Assembly: GCA_025354985.1 (NCBI GenBank)
Contig: JANXLU010000087.1
Coordinates: 82,813 to 146,812, forward strand
From: Chloroflexota bacterium
Lineage (GTDB): Bacteria > Chloroflexota > Anaerolineae > J036 > Brachytrichaceae
Length of the DNA: 64,000 nucleotides
Reading direction: 5' to 3'
The notes beneath the pieces were generated by a model. That model worked only from the letters and a program-made list of their open reading frames with translations. It was not told where the DNA came from and did no database searches. Both the position numbers and the translations under genes were made by a program. Position 1 is the first letter of the stretch. Each line of letters opens with the position of its first letter. This document shows, piece by piece, positions 45,176-54,354 of the stretch.

Positions 45176-46597
45176 ATGAAACACGCAATCGTAATCGGAG
45201 GCAGCATGGCCGGGCTGCTTGCCGCCCAGGCCCTCAGCACTCACGTGGATCACGTGACGGTCATTGAGCGCGACGTCCCAGGCAACAAACCAGAACCCCG
45301 TAAAGGTGCCCCGCAGGGGCGTCACATTCACGCCCTCCTTGCCCGAGGCGCCCGCATTCTTGAGCGGCTGCTACCCGGCCTACAGGACAACTTGGGCGCG
45401 GCCGGTGCTCCCTTGGTCGATTGGATTGGCGACAGCTGCGTATCGAACCAATTCGGCGCAATGCCCCGCTTCACCAGTGATCTCCGCACCCGCGCCTGCA
45501 GTCGACCGCTGCTTGAATTTGTCATCCGCAATCGGGTGCTGCAAAATCCCAGGGTCACATTTCAAATGGAAACCGATGCCTGGCAATTGGTAACGACCGA
45601 TGACCACGCCAGAGTGATCGGTGTAAACCTGCGCCACCGCGCCACGGGCGCGCTCTCAACCCTTCTGGCCGACCTTGTGGTTGACGCCAGCGGTCGAAGT
45701 TCCAAGGCCTTCGAATGGCTCACCGCTCTTGGCTTAACCCCACCAACCGAGCAGGTGGTCAACAGCGCGCTCGCTTACGCCAGTCGTGTCGTCCGCATGC
45801 CGGCTGACTTCAAGCCGGACTTTAAGCTTTTGATTCAGCGCATTCGCCCCCCTCACGGTCGCCGCGGCGGCGGTATGTACTTGATTGAAAACAACACCTG
45901 GATGGTGACGCTGGGTGGCGCAAAAGATGAACAACCACCCCTCGACGATTCCGGATTCATTGAATTCGCCCGCCAGCTTGATCCAAACCTGATAACACCC
46001 AACGCCAGCAGCTCCGCCCCCCTGTTGCATGACCTGCTCGCCCGGTCCGAGCCACTAACACCAATCGTGGGCTACCAACGCACCGAAAATCGCTGGCGAC
46101 ACTTTGAAGAGTTGGAGCGCATGCCCGCCGGGTTTGTGCTTATGGGTGATGCCGTGTGCGCCTTCAACCCCGTCTACGGTCAGGGCATGAGCACTGCAGC
46201 CATGGGTGCCGAGCTGCTCCAACAGTGGGTTGCCGACGGTGGATCCGCCAAGGTTAATGGCACCCGCGCGTTCCAAAAGAGCCTGGCTAATCTGGTGCGC
46301 ACGCCATGGTTGCTGGCAACCGGTGAAGATGCACGGGCTGTGGGCATTGTGGATCGCACGCGCGCCGTGCGCTTCAATCACGCCTATATCGATGCGCTCC
46401 TGGGGCTCACAAACTCAAATCATAAAATCTGCAAGGCATTTCTGGATGTCGCCCACCTTGTCAAACCACCCGCGTCATTATTTGCACCCGGGATCGCGCT
46501 ACCGGTGTTGATCCGCATGGTGGCCACTACGGCCTCCAAACGCTCAAAACCATCTCCGCGACCGACAAAAGCAGAAGCCCTCGTCCCCATATCCTAA
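45176..46597 (+). CDS. FAD-dependent oxidoreductase/monooxygenase-like protein
   Basis: MKHAIVIGGSMAGLLAAQAL...VTVIERD is a dinucleotide-binding motif. DLVVDASGRSS is a GD-type motif. Start trimmed from 45134. Confidence 0.6.
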   Translation: MKHAIVIGGSMAGLLAAQALSTHVDHVTVIERDVPGNKPEPRKGAPQGRHIHALLARGARILERLLPGLQDNLGAAGAPLVDWIGDSCVSNQFGAMPRFTSDLRTRACSRPLLEFVIRNRVLQNPRVTFQMETDAWQLVTTDDHARVIGVNLRHRATGALSTLLADLVVDASGRSSKAFEWLTALGLTPPTEQVVNSALAYASRVVRMPADFKPDFKLLIQRIRPPHGRRGGGMYLIENNTWMVTLGGAKDEQPPLDDSGFIEFARQLDPNLITPNASSSAPLLHDLLARSEPLTPIVGYQRTENRWRHFEELERMPAGFVLMGDAVCAFNPVYGQGMSTAAMGAELLQQWVADGGSAKVNGTRAFQKSLANLVRTPWLLATGEDARAVGIVDRTRAVRFNHAYIDALLGLTNSNHKICKAFLDVAHLVKPPASLFAPGIALPVLIRMVATTASKRSKPSPRPTKAEALVPIS

Positions 46598-46611
46598 CGT
46601 TCGTAATTACC

Positions 46612-47178
46612 ATGGCAAGCAACAACTATCATTTCATTACAACCTGGCACGTGCGCGGCACCTGCGAAGAAGTAGCCACCGTTCTTGGCGATGCCCTGGC
46701 TCTCGCACGGTGGTGGCCCAGCGTCTACTTGGAGGTCACCGAGCTTGCACCCGGTGACCCCGTAACGGGCCTTGGCCGCCAAATCGGTTTGTTCACCAAA
46801 GGCTGGCTGCCCTACACCTTGCGCTGGCGGTTCACGGTCACCGAGAGCAATTTTCCACTCGGATTCAAAATTATTCCGCGTGGAGACTTCGTGGGCCGCG
46901 GAATTTGGACCCTCGTGCAACAGGGTGATCAAACAGTGGTGACATATGACTGGAAAATCACGGCGGAAAAGGGTCTCCTAAAGCATCTCTCGTTCATAAT
47001 GAAACCCATCTTTGGGGCCAACCATGAATGGGCCATGGCCCGAGGCCAGGAAAGCCTTCAACTTGAGCTTCGCCGTCGCCGCGCAACCACGCAAACCGAG
47101 TTGGACGCCATCCCGGCGCCACCCGGCCCAACATTTACGCGTCGCGCCCGCTCCGAAAGCACCGTGATGGCCGCATGA
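46612..47178 (+). CDS. SRPBCC (polyketide cyclase/dehydrase-like) family protein
   Basis: 188 aa. The pattern YHFITTWHVRGTCEEVATVLGD...WWPSVYL is typical of SRPBCC/START-like proteins. Confidence 0.6.
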   Translation: MASNNYHFITTWHVRGTCEEVATVLGDALALARWWPSVYLEVTELAPGDPVTGLGRQIGLFTKGWLPYTLRWRFTVTESNFPLGFKIIPRGDFVGRGIWTLVQQGDQTVVTYDWKITAEKGLLKHLSFIMKPIFGANHEWAMARGQESLQLELRRRRATTQTELDAIPAPPGPTFTRRARSESTVMAA

Positions 47179-47375
47179 TCGAGGTCTAGTGGAACATAAC
47201 CGATGCTGAGCTTGTCAAGGCACGCCGCCCCAGCCACAAGCGATGTAGCCTGACCCTCCCGGATTGTGCGCCCACGCACATTAGTGCAGCAAATCAACGC
47301 CGGCCTTGCCTTTAAGAAACGTACACCATGACGATGTTTTCCCGCACCTGCGGCTGGCATAATAAAGGTGCAACC

Positions 47376-47786
47376 ATGACTGACGAACAAGAAATTCGCG
47401 AGCTGGTGTCAACCTGGCAAACCGCTTCAAAACTGGGCGACACCACAACCGTGCTGTCTCTCATGACCGAAGACGTCGTGTTCCTCACTCCGGGCCGCCC
47501 GCCAATGATTGGGCGCACCGCATTTGAAGCCGCGACCAACGCCGCGGCGTCGTCCACCGGTACCCGACCTCAGATTGACGGCACAACCGACATAAAGGAA
47601 ATCACGGTTTTTGGGAACTCGGCGTATCTGTGGTCCCACATCCGCGTGGCAGTAACACCACCTACAGGCGGCAACCCGCTGATTCGTTCCGGCCATACGA
47701 TTACCGTTTTTCGCCGTGAATCCGGCAAATGGATGATCTGCCGAGACGCCAATATGTTGACCCTGGAAAAAGAACCCGGGCAATAG
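47376..47786 (+). CDS. SnoaL-like / DUF4440 (NTF2-fold) protein
   Basis: MTDEQEIRELVSTWQTASKLGDTTTVLSLMTEDVVFLTPGRPPM...WMICRDANML is a typical NTF2-like signature. Start trimmed from 47328. Confidence 0.65.
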   Translation: MTDEQEIRELVSTWQTASKLGDTTTVLSLMTEDVVFLTPGRPPMIGRTAFEAATNAAASSTGTRPQIDGTTDIKEITVFGNSAYLWSHIRVAVTPPTGGNPLIRSGHTITVFRRESGKWMICRDANMLTLEKEPGQ

Positions 47787-48123
47787 CGTCGCACCCCAAC
47801 CGGCTTCTCACCTATTCGTTTGCACCCGGCATCTTGCATACGACCATTGCGAGGCATCTCCTGCCCACTGGAGTCGGAACCTTGTTAATTCCAACTGCCA
47901 GACCAGTCTCGTCGACCGCTTCCGCACACTCTTTCCAGATACGTTTACCGTTGAAGGTAGTCGAGGCATCATGATTCTAATCGGCCGTGGCTCGCGCAGA
48001 GCTCGCTCAATGCATCCGGGCCCCGTTGACCCATCATCTGACCGAGAAATAACTTCTCCGGCCTCACCAGCGTGTGCCACGCCCGGATCGGCCGGGCTCC
48101 CGGACATTATAATCCATTCAATT

Positions 48124-48513
48124 ATGAAAGCAAGATGGATGAACATCCCGGTCAATGACCAATCTGCGGCCCTCGGGTTTTACACGTCGAAGTTGGGGTT
48201 CATTGTCAAGGATGACATGCCTATGGGCCCCATGCGCTGGCTCACCGTGGTCTCGCCCCACGACCCGGACGGCGTGGAAATCGTGCTCCAAGCCACTGCA
48301 TTCCCGGGCGCTGCCGCGCTGCAACAAGCCCAGTTTGCTGCAGGCATGCCGGCCGCTGCCTTCCATTCCGCCGACGTGCGCTCCGAATACACCCACCTAA
48401 AACACCTCGGCGTCACGTTCCGTGGCGAGCCTGTGTCCATGGGCCCAATCACCGCAGTGCTTTTCGAAGACACCTGCGGCAACCTGATCAACCTCGTCCA
48501 ACCCGCCACCTAG
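48124..48513 (+). CDS. VOC (glyoxalase/bleomycin-resistance) family protein
   Basis: MKARWMNIPVNDQSAALGFYTSKLGF...FEDTCGNLINLVQ. Start trimmed from 47971. Confidence 0.75.
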   Translation: MKARWMNIPVNDQSAALGFYTSKLGFIVKDDMPMGPMRWLTVVSPHDPDGVEIVLQATAFPGAAALQQAQFAAGMPAAAFHSADVRSEYTHLKHLGVTFRGEPVSMGPITAVLFEDTCGNLINLVQPAT

Positions 48514-48529
48514 CATCCCCTGCCCATCA

Positions 48530-48592
48530 TTGGCCGCGGGCCAACCATTGAGCGCGGGCATCCTGCCGCTATTTGCCGCAGGCCAGTCTTCG
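48530..48592. repeat. Family B GC-rich hairpin repeat copies
   Basis: GGCCGCGGGCCAACC, GAGCGCGGGCATCCTGCCGC (48550-48569) and TTGCCGCAGGCCAG. Shares the core GAGCGCGGGCATCCTGCC with 44964-44981. Confidence 0.55.
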
Positions 48593-48614
48593 ACTACCCC
48601 ATATAGCCCTCACC

Positions 48615-49175
48615 ATGGCCCCCAAATCCCTGATGCCTCCCTTCGACCAAATCCAAACTCCCCGCCTGCACCTCCGTCGCCTAACCCTAGCCGACGCCGA
48701 GCCTCTTGCAACGTATCGCGCCCTCCCCGAGGTCATGCGCTTGCAACTATGGGATCACTATGACCTCGAAACCGCCCGCACTCTTATCTCCGCAGTCAAC
48801 CTCGTCGAGCCTTTCACTCCTGCGAGCGCTTACCAGTTCGCTGTAGAGCTATGCGCAACTGCCCAACTAATCGGCGACCTGTATTTCAAGACCGACGACG
48901 CCGGCACCCAGGCGGAAATAGGTTGGACGTTTTCACCCGATTTTCAGGGTCGCGGCCTTGCAACGGAGGCCGCCCATGCGCTGATCGACCATGCATTTCG
49001 CAACCTGGGCTACCACCGCATATATGCCATCACCGACCCGCGACACACCCAATCCATGCGCCTGATGATCCGGCTTGGCATGCGTCAGGAGGCCCATTTT
49101 CGCCAGAATCTCTGGTTCAAGAGTGCATGGGCGGATGACGTACACTTTGCGGTGTTGGCTCAGGATTGGTCATAA
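48615..49175 (+). CDS. GNAT N-acetyltransferase (RimJ/RimL-like)
   Basis: IQTPRLHLRRLTLADAEPL...FQGRGLATEAAHALIDHAF...HRIYAITDPRHTQSMRLMIRLGM. Confidence 0.75.
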   Translation: MAPKSLMPPFDQIQTPRLHLRRLTLADAEPLATYRALPEVMRLQLWDHYDLETARTLISAVNLVEPFTPASAYQFAVELCATAQLIGDLYFKTDDAGTQAEIGWTFSPDFQGRGLATEAAHALIDHAFRNLGYHRIYAITDPRHTQSMRLMIRLGMRQEAHFRQNLWFKSAWADDVHFAVLAQDWS

Positions 49176-49177
49176 TC

Positions 49178-49849
49178 ATGCACATAGGTCTAATCGGAGG
49201 AATCGGCCCCGCCGCCACCCAGTTTTACTACCGCGGTCTTGCAGCCGCCTTTGCGGCAGCCGGCCGGCCCATGGAGCTCACCATGGTCCATGCCGACCTC
49301 GCCACACTATTCCGAAATGTGACTGCCGGCGATGGTCACGCCCAGGCTGCGGTCTACAAAAACCTGACCAATCGCCTAAAGGCGGCCGGAGCGACGACCG
49401 TGGCAATTACCTCGGCCGGCGGTCATTTCTGCATTAAAGAGTTCGAACCAATTTCACCCTTGCCCGTGTTCAACATCCTCAAGGTGATCACCAGCGAACT
49501 CCAAAACCGCGGCCACAAACGTATTGGGCTGATCGGCACCCGCGGTGCGATGACATCTGGCATTTTTGGCGCCTTGGCGCCATTCACCGTCGTTATTCCC
49601 GAGGGTGCCAGCCTGGACGCCGCTCACACCGCATATATCGGCATGGCGACGGCTGGCTCCTGTTCACAGCAGCAGCGTGATATCGTCTTTGAGATTGGCT
49701 CTGATCTCCACCACAACCACGGCGCGGAGATCATCGTCCTGGGCGGCACTGATTTGTTTCTTGCATTCGATGGCCGCGCCTGCGGCTTCCCGACCTTGGA
49801 TTGTGCTCAAGTCCACATCGAGGCACTCGTTTGCGCCGCCCATGCGTAA
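49178..49849 (+). CDS. Aspartate/glutamate racemase family protein
   Basis: MHIGLIGGIGPAAT start and VLGGTDL near the C-terminus. Confidence 0.7.
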   Translation: MHIGLIGGIGPAATQFYYRGLAAAFAAAGRPMELTMVHADLATLFRNVTAGDGHAQAAVYKNLTNRLKAAGATTVAITSAGGHFCIKEFEPISPLPVFNILKVITSELQNRGHKRIGLIGTRGAMTSGIFGALAPFTVVIPEGASLDAAHTAYIGMATAGSCSQQQRDIVFEIGSDLHHNHGAEIIVLGGTDLFLAFDGRACGFPTLDCAQVHIEALVCAAHA

Positions 49850-50777
49850 TGCAAGCGCCCAATCCCGCCCACTCGACCTCGTCCATGACCGCTCTGCGAT
49901 GCTACATTTGGCAGATATCTCGGACCTTGGTCCGCCGCACATGGCAGATTGGCCCTACCGCCTGTCATCGCCGGCTCTGCACAACCCGCGAAACACCCGG
50001 GGTTGGTTTGACGCTGCCAATAATCTGGTCGCATGGGCCGCCATGCAAACGCCATTCTGGGCAGTCGATGCATTGGTCAGCCCAACAGAGCCCCAGCAAA
50101 CATACAAACTACTGCTGACATGGGCCCGTGACCGCGCAGCAGAAATGCAACGCGAGGGCGTTGGCAGACCAATCTGGTTTATTTCCATAACCGAAACCGC
50201 CACCCATCAACGTGCGATCCTTGAGGAGTGCGGTTTTTCAGACCAGGCCCACGTCGCTGAAAATCCCTGGTCAAAAGTCCTGTTTGTGTTGCCTCCCGAG
50301 GTTGATGTGTCACCACCCAATCTGCCGCCCGGCATGACCATCCGTCCGATACACGCCGGCACCGAGCTGGCATCCTACGTTGACCTCCACCGTGCCGCGT
50401 TTAACAGCGACAGCATGACCGTTTCATGGCGCATCGAGGTGACCTCCGATCGGGGCTATAGCAACGACCTGGACCTCGTTCTGTGTGATGCTGCTGCCGG
50501 TCTTATTGGATTTTGCATTACGTGGCTTCGTCACCGTGCCACCGGCGAACCAGTTGGCCAAATAGAGCCCATAGGGCTGCACCATGCTTTTCGCGGGCGC
50601 AGGCTCAGCCGACAGTTAATGACAGAAGCCGTCTCTCGCCTCCGCGCAGCCGGCGCACACCAAATTTTTGTAGAATGTAACCGGCAAAACGCGGCGGGCA
50701 TGGCAGCCTATCAAGCCATGGGGTTTCGCGTTATCCACCAAATCCACGTACACCGATATGATGTCCCTTCCGTTTAA
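49842..50777 (+). CDS. GNAT family acetyltransferase (two-lobed, MshD-like)
   Basis: Acetyl-CoA motif HHAFRGRRLSRQLMTEAVSRL...AAYQAMGFRV. The 403-aa ORF was trimmed to the Met at 49842 (8-nt overlap with the racemase stop). Confidence 0.55.
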   Translation: MRNASAQSRPLDLVHDRSAMLHLADISDLGPPHMADWPYRLSSPALHNPRNTRGWFDAANNLVAWAAMQTPFWAVDALVSPTEPQQTYKLLLTWARDRAAEMQREGVGRPIWFISITETATHQRAILEECGFSDQAHVAENPWSKVLFVLPPEVDVSPPNLPPGMTIRPIHAGTELASYVDLHRAAFNSDSMTVSWRIEVTSDRGYSNDLDLVLCDAAAGLIGFCITWLRHRATGEPVGQIEPIGLHHAFRGRRLSRQLMTEAVSRLRAAGAHQIFVECNRQNAAGMAAYQAMGFRVIHQIHVHRYDVPSV

Positions 50778-50789
50778 GCCACCAGAATA

Positions 50790-51362
50790 ATGATCTCGTC
50801 CAAGAATTCAATCCTCATTCTCACTGCATGTGTGCTGCTTTTGTCAACCGCATGCACCACCACAAATCCAACCCAGGTGCCCGCCGCTTCCGCCACCAAT
50901 CGACCCCGCACCGTGCCATCCACAGGCGGCCAGGCTGGTGCGGCACCGGTTGGCAATGCCTCTGTGATTCCCGCCGAACCAACGCCTACCGGTCTGGGCC
51001 CGTTTGCCGTCAAACAAATTGAGTCGGGCGCCCCCGAGGTGTTTTCAGGCGATGTATGCAACGTCAGCGAGGCCTTTAACGTAAACGTCAAAACGTCCGA
51101 CGTGGCTTACATTTTCAAGTTCCAGCCGGCCAATGCGACCGGCGGCAAATGGGAATACGCCTATCTCATACCCGCGGCCTCAGAACGACACAACGCGACT
51201 GGCATGTACACTCTTACCGTTGCCGCATCAGATGGCTCATTTTTGATGAGCATGCAGGGCACCGACCGCGCAACGTTCAAGGGGGCTGATGCAAACCGCG
51301 CGGTGTCCTACCAGTTCAATCTCCTGCCGGTCCAAAAATCGACCTGTAGCAAGACCCGTTGA
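50790..51362 (+). CDS. Hypothetical lipoprotein
   Basis: MISSKNSILILTACVLLLSTAC (lipobox-like L-S-T-A-C) followed by a Thr/Pro/Ala linker. Confidence 0.45.
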   Translation: MISSKNSILILTACVLLLSTACTTTNPTQVPAASATNRPRTVPSTGGQAGAAPVGNASVIPAEPTPTGLGPFAVKQIESGAPEVFSGDVCNVSEAFNVNVKTSDVAYIFKFQPANATGGKWEYAYLIPAASERHNATGMYTLTVAASDGSFLMSMQGTDRATFKGADANRAVSYQFNLLPVQKSTCSKTR

Positions 51363-51395
51363 CCTCAATGAGCCTGAGGATCCGTGAGATGCACA

Positions 51396-53000
51396 ATGCT
51401 GAGACTGAGTGAGATCAAGCTCCCGCTGGATCATCCCGCTGATGCGCTCACGACCGTCATCCTGGCGCACCTGCACATCCAGGCGTCCGAGCTGATCACG
51501 TTTACGATCTTCAAGCGCAGCTACGACGCGCGCAAAAAGACCGCGATTTTGCTCGTATATGCCCTCGACATTGTGGTCGCGCCAGATCTTGAAGCACGGC
51601 TTCTAAAGCGGTTTGCCCGTGATCCGCACATCTACGCCTCGCCCGACACGTCCTATCGACTTGTGGCCCGGGCGCCCGCCCGGTTGAATAATCGGCCAGT
51701 CATAATCGGAACCGGCCCATGCGGCATCTTCGCCGGTTTGGTACTTGCCCAAATGGGCTTCCGACCCATCCTCCTGGAACGCGGAAAATCCGTGCGCGAG
51801 CGCACGGTGGACACGTTTGCATTTTGGCGCAACAAGGTGCTCAACGCCGAGTCAAACACCCAGTTTGGCGAGGGCGGCGCGGGCACGTTTTCCGATGGCA
51901 AGCTCTATAGCCGTGTCGGTGACCCCGATCACTATGGTCGCAAGGTGCTCTCCGAATTTGTCAAGGCTGGCGCCCCCGATGAGATCATGTACGTAAGCAA
52001 ACCCCACATCGGCACCCTGCGACTGGTGGCCATCGTCCAGCGCATGCGCGCCGAAATCGAGTCGCTTGGCGGCGAATTCCGCTTCCAATCCCGAGTTGAT
52101 AAGCTGGATATCAAAGATGGCGCGGTCCGCGGCCTGACCCTTGCCAGCGGGGAAACCATCGCAGCGGATTACATCATCCTAGCCATCGGTCACAGCGCCC
52201 GCGACACCTTCCAAATGCTGCACGACCGTGGTGTGTTTATGGAGGCCAAACCCATATCGGTCGGCTTTCGCATCGAGCACCCCCAGTCCATAATTGATGG
52301 CGCCCGCCTTGGCCCGCACGCCGGCAACAAGACGCTGGGTGCCGCCGATTACAAATTGATCCATCATGGTTCAAACGGACGTTCGGTCTACAGCTTCTGC
52401 ATGTGCCCGGGTGGTACCGTCGTAGCCGCCGCTTCGGAGCCGGGTCATCTGGTGACCAATGGCATGAGCCAATACTCGCGCAATGAACGCAATGCCAACA
52501 GCGCCATTGTGGTGGAGTTAAACGTTTCAGATTACCCCGGGCACGTTCTGGCCGGCATGCACCTGCAACGCACATTGGAAGCCGCCGCTTTTACCCTGGG
52601 TGGCGGAACCTACCAGGCCCCCGGACAGCTCGTCGGAGACTTTCTGGCAAACCGCGCCTCGCAATCCTTCGGTGCCGTCCTGCCGTCCTATGCGCCCGGT
52701 GTAACAATGACCAACCTCGGCCACAGCCTTCCATCGTTCGCCATAGACGCCATCCGCGAAGCCTTGCCCGTGTTCAACCGCCAGATCGCCGGCTTCACCA
52801 TGCACGATGCTTTGCTCACCGGTATCGAGACCCGCACCTCCTCGCCCATCCGCATCACCCGCAAGCCCGATGGCCAGAGCGTAAACGTTCTGGGTCTGTA
52901 CCCTGCGGGTGAAGGTGCCGGCTATGCCGGTGGCATCCTGTCCGCCGGCATCGATGGCATAAAAACCGCCCAACATGTCGCGCGCAGCCTGGCCCGGTAA
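51396..53000 (+). CDS. NAD(FAD)-utilising dehydrogenase (COG2509-type FAD-dependent protein)
   Basis: MLRLSEIKLPLDH..., VIIGTGPCGIFAGL, GEGGAGTFSDGKL, YPAGEGAGYAGGI. Confidence 0.75.
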   Translation: MLRLSEIKLPLDHPADALTTVILAHLHIQASELITFTIFKRSYDARKKTAILLVYALDIVVAPDLEARLLKRFARDPHIYASPDTSYRLVARAPARLNNRPVIIGTGPCGIFAGLVLAQMGFRPILLERGKSVRERTVDTFAFWRNKVLNAESNTQFGEGGAGTFSDGKLYSRVGDPDHYGRKVLSEFVKAGAPDEIMYVSKPHIGTLRLVAIVQRMRAEIESLGGEFRFQSRVDKLDIKDGAVRGLTLASGETIAADYIILAIGHSARDTFQMLHDRGVFMEAKPISVGFRIEHPQSIIDGARLGPHAGNKTLGAADYKLIHHGSNGRSVYSFCMCPGGTVVAAASEPGHLVTNGMSQYSRNERNANSAIVVELNVSDYPGHVLAGMHLQRTLEAAAFTLGGGTYQAPGQLVGDFLANRASQSFGAVLPSYAPGVTMTNLGHSLPSFAIDAIREALPVFNRQIAGFTMHDALLTGIETRTSSPIRITRKPDGQSVNVLGLYPAGEGAGYAGGILSAGIDGIKTAQHVARSLAR

Positions 53001-53003
53001 ACC

Positions 53004-53618
53004 ATGAAATCCACCGTCTTTATCGCCACCAGTTTGGACGGGTTCATTGCCCGCGCAAATGGGGCTATAGACTGGCTACCAACCGATGATCCCTCGTCGC
53101 CCGACGCTCCTAGAGTTGAAGAGCACGGTTACGAGGCGCTCATGAACAGCGTTGACGCATTGGTCATGGGTCGCAACACCTTCGAGCTGGTCCTGACCTT
53201 TGACCCCTGGCCCTATGGTTCCAAACCCGTTATCGTGCTCACCAGTCGCCCACTTATGTTGCCACCTCACCTGCCAAACACGGTGGAGCAGCGCAACCTG
53301 CCACCAGCCGCGCTCATAGACGAGCTCACCCGGCGCGGCATGCACCACCTCTATATCGACGGCGGAGTCACAATCCAGCGCTTTCTCGCCGCTGGCCTCA
53401 TCGACCAATTGATCATAACCCGCATCCCGATCCTCCTCGGTGCCGGCATCCCCCTGTTCGGCCCCTTGCCTCAAGACATTCGCCTCCACCACGTCTCCAC
53501 CCGCTCCTTTGCCTCCGGCCTGGTCCAGAGCGAATACCTGGTCATTCAGCAGCAGATTACCCAGCCGCGGTCACTGAGCGAAGCCGCAGTGACGCTGCCC
53601 CAAATCGCCATTCGTTAA
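53004..53618 (+). CDS. Dihydrofolate reductase-like (RibD C-terminal domain) family protein
   Basis: MKSTVFIATSLDGFIARANGAIDWL...YIDGGVTIQRFLAAGLIDQLIITRIPILLGAGIPLF. Confidence 0.75.
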   Translation: MKSTVFIATSLDGFIARANGAIDWLPTDDPSSPDAPRVEEHGYEALMNSVDALVMGRNTFELVLTFDPWPYGSKPVIVLTSRPLMLPPHLPNTVEQRNLPPAALIDELTRRGMHHLYIDGGVTIQRFLAAGLIDQLIITRIPILLGAGIPLFGPLPQDIRLHHVSTRSFASGLVQSEYLVIQQQITQPRSLSEAAVTLPQIAIR

Positions 53619-53815
53619 CCCCGCCCTTGCCAGTTCCCTCTCCTGTCAGTGGGCCCGCACCCGTTCCGCCACCCGCCTTTTCCCAGCCCACTGAACGGGA
53701 GAGGGCGGGGGTGAGGGCCTCTGTGACTCTCCCCGCCCTTGCCAGCTCCCTCTCCTGTCAGCGGGCCCGCACCCTTTCCGCCACCCGCCCTTTCTCAGCC
53801 CACTCAACGTGATGC
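53619..53815. repeat. Tandem direct repeat (period 112 bp, about 1.7 copies) of a GC-rich palindromic intergenic element (family A)
   Basis: CCCCGCCCTTGCCAG[T/C]TCCCTCTCCTGTCAG[T/C]GGGCCCGCACCC starts at 53619 and again at 53731. In copy 1 the left arm CCCCGCCCT..CCCTCTCCTGTCAGTGGG pairs with CCCACTGAACGGGAGAGGGCGGGGG (53687-53711). Confidence 0.75.
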
Positions 53816-53841
53816 CGGCCCTTTCGATTACCATCACCCCC

Positions 53842-54330
53842 ATGCTCACCACCACCCTGCTCGCCGCCGTCCAGCGTGCCATCACCCTCGCGCAACAAGC
53901 GCGCGACCACGGCAACCACCCATTTGGCGCAGTCCTCCTCGACGAGAACGACCACGTTATCCTGGTCGCCGAAAACACCGTTATCACCGGGCGCGACGTC
54001 ACCAACCACGCCGAGACCAACCTCGTCCGGCTTGCCAGCCAAACCCTCCCGCCCGAAAAACTCCGCCAGTGCACCCTCGTAACCAGCACCGAACCCTGCG
54101 CCATGTGCGCCGGCGCCATCCATTGGAGCCACATTGGACGCGTAATCTACGCCCTAAGCGAGGTCGAGCTCTACAACATCATTGGCCCCTCACCCGAACA
54201 CCTCCAATTCCCATGCCGCGACGTATTTGCGCGCGCTGCCGCACCCATGATTGTGATCGGTCCCATTGAGGAAGTGCAAGCCGAGGCACATGCGGTTCAT
54301 GCCGAGTTCTGGTCTACACTCACCTCGTAA
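53842..54330 (+). CDS. Nucleoside/guanine deaminase (CDA fold)
   Basis: HAETNLV (H-A-E zinc site) and TEPCAMCAGAI (PCxxC). The ORF opens at 53809 inside the repeat; the Met at 53842 is more plausible. Confidence 0.75.
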   Translation: MLTTTLLAAVQRAITLAQQARDHGNHPFGAVLLDENDHVILVAENTVITGRDVTNHAETNLVRLASQTLPPEKLRQCTLVTSTEPCAMCAGAIHWSHIGRVIYALSEVELYNIIGPSPEHLQFPCRDVFARAAAPMIVIGPIEEVQAEAHAVHAEFWSTLTS

Positions 54331-54354
54331 CCAAAACTGTAGGTAACAGCCTCG

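Noticed and set aside
47787-48123. 337-bp gap with a 115-aa minus-strand ORF (47808..48155) and frame-broken fragments
   Set aside because: I could not match any frame to a known family. The ORF overlaps the start of the VOC gene and its sequence looks non-protein-like. It may be a decayed gene remnant or a 5' UTR/promoter region. Left unannotated.
49566-49841. First 92 codons of the 403-aa ORF
   Set aside because: This stretch overlaps the aspartate/glutamate racemase gene in another frame. The GNAT protein more plausibly starts at the ATG at 49842.
53619-53815. Tandem repeat as a CRISPR array
   Set aside because: There are only about 1.7 copies of a 112-bp unit, with no repeat-spacer periodicity of 25-40 bp and no cas genes in the window. 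The unit is a palindromic intergenic element with copies elsewhere.
53627-54269. Pro/Arg/Ala-rich ORFs (53627..53812, 53739..54269, 53646..54134, 53758..54132)
   Set aside because: They are generated by the GC-rich repeat and by alternative frames of the deaminase gene. Only the frame carrying HAE and PCxxC motifs (53842..54330) is credible.
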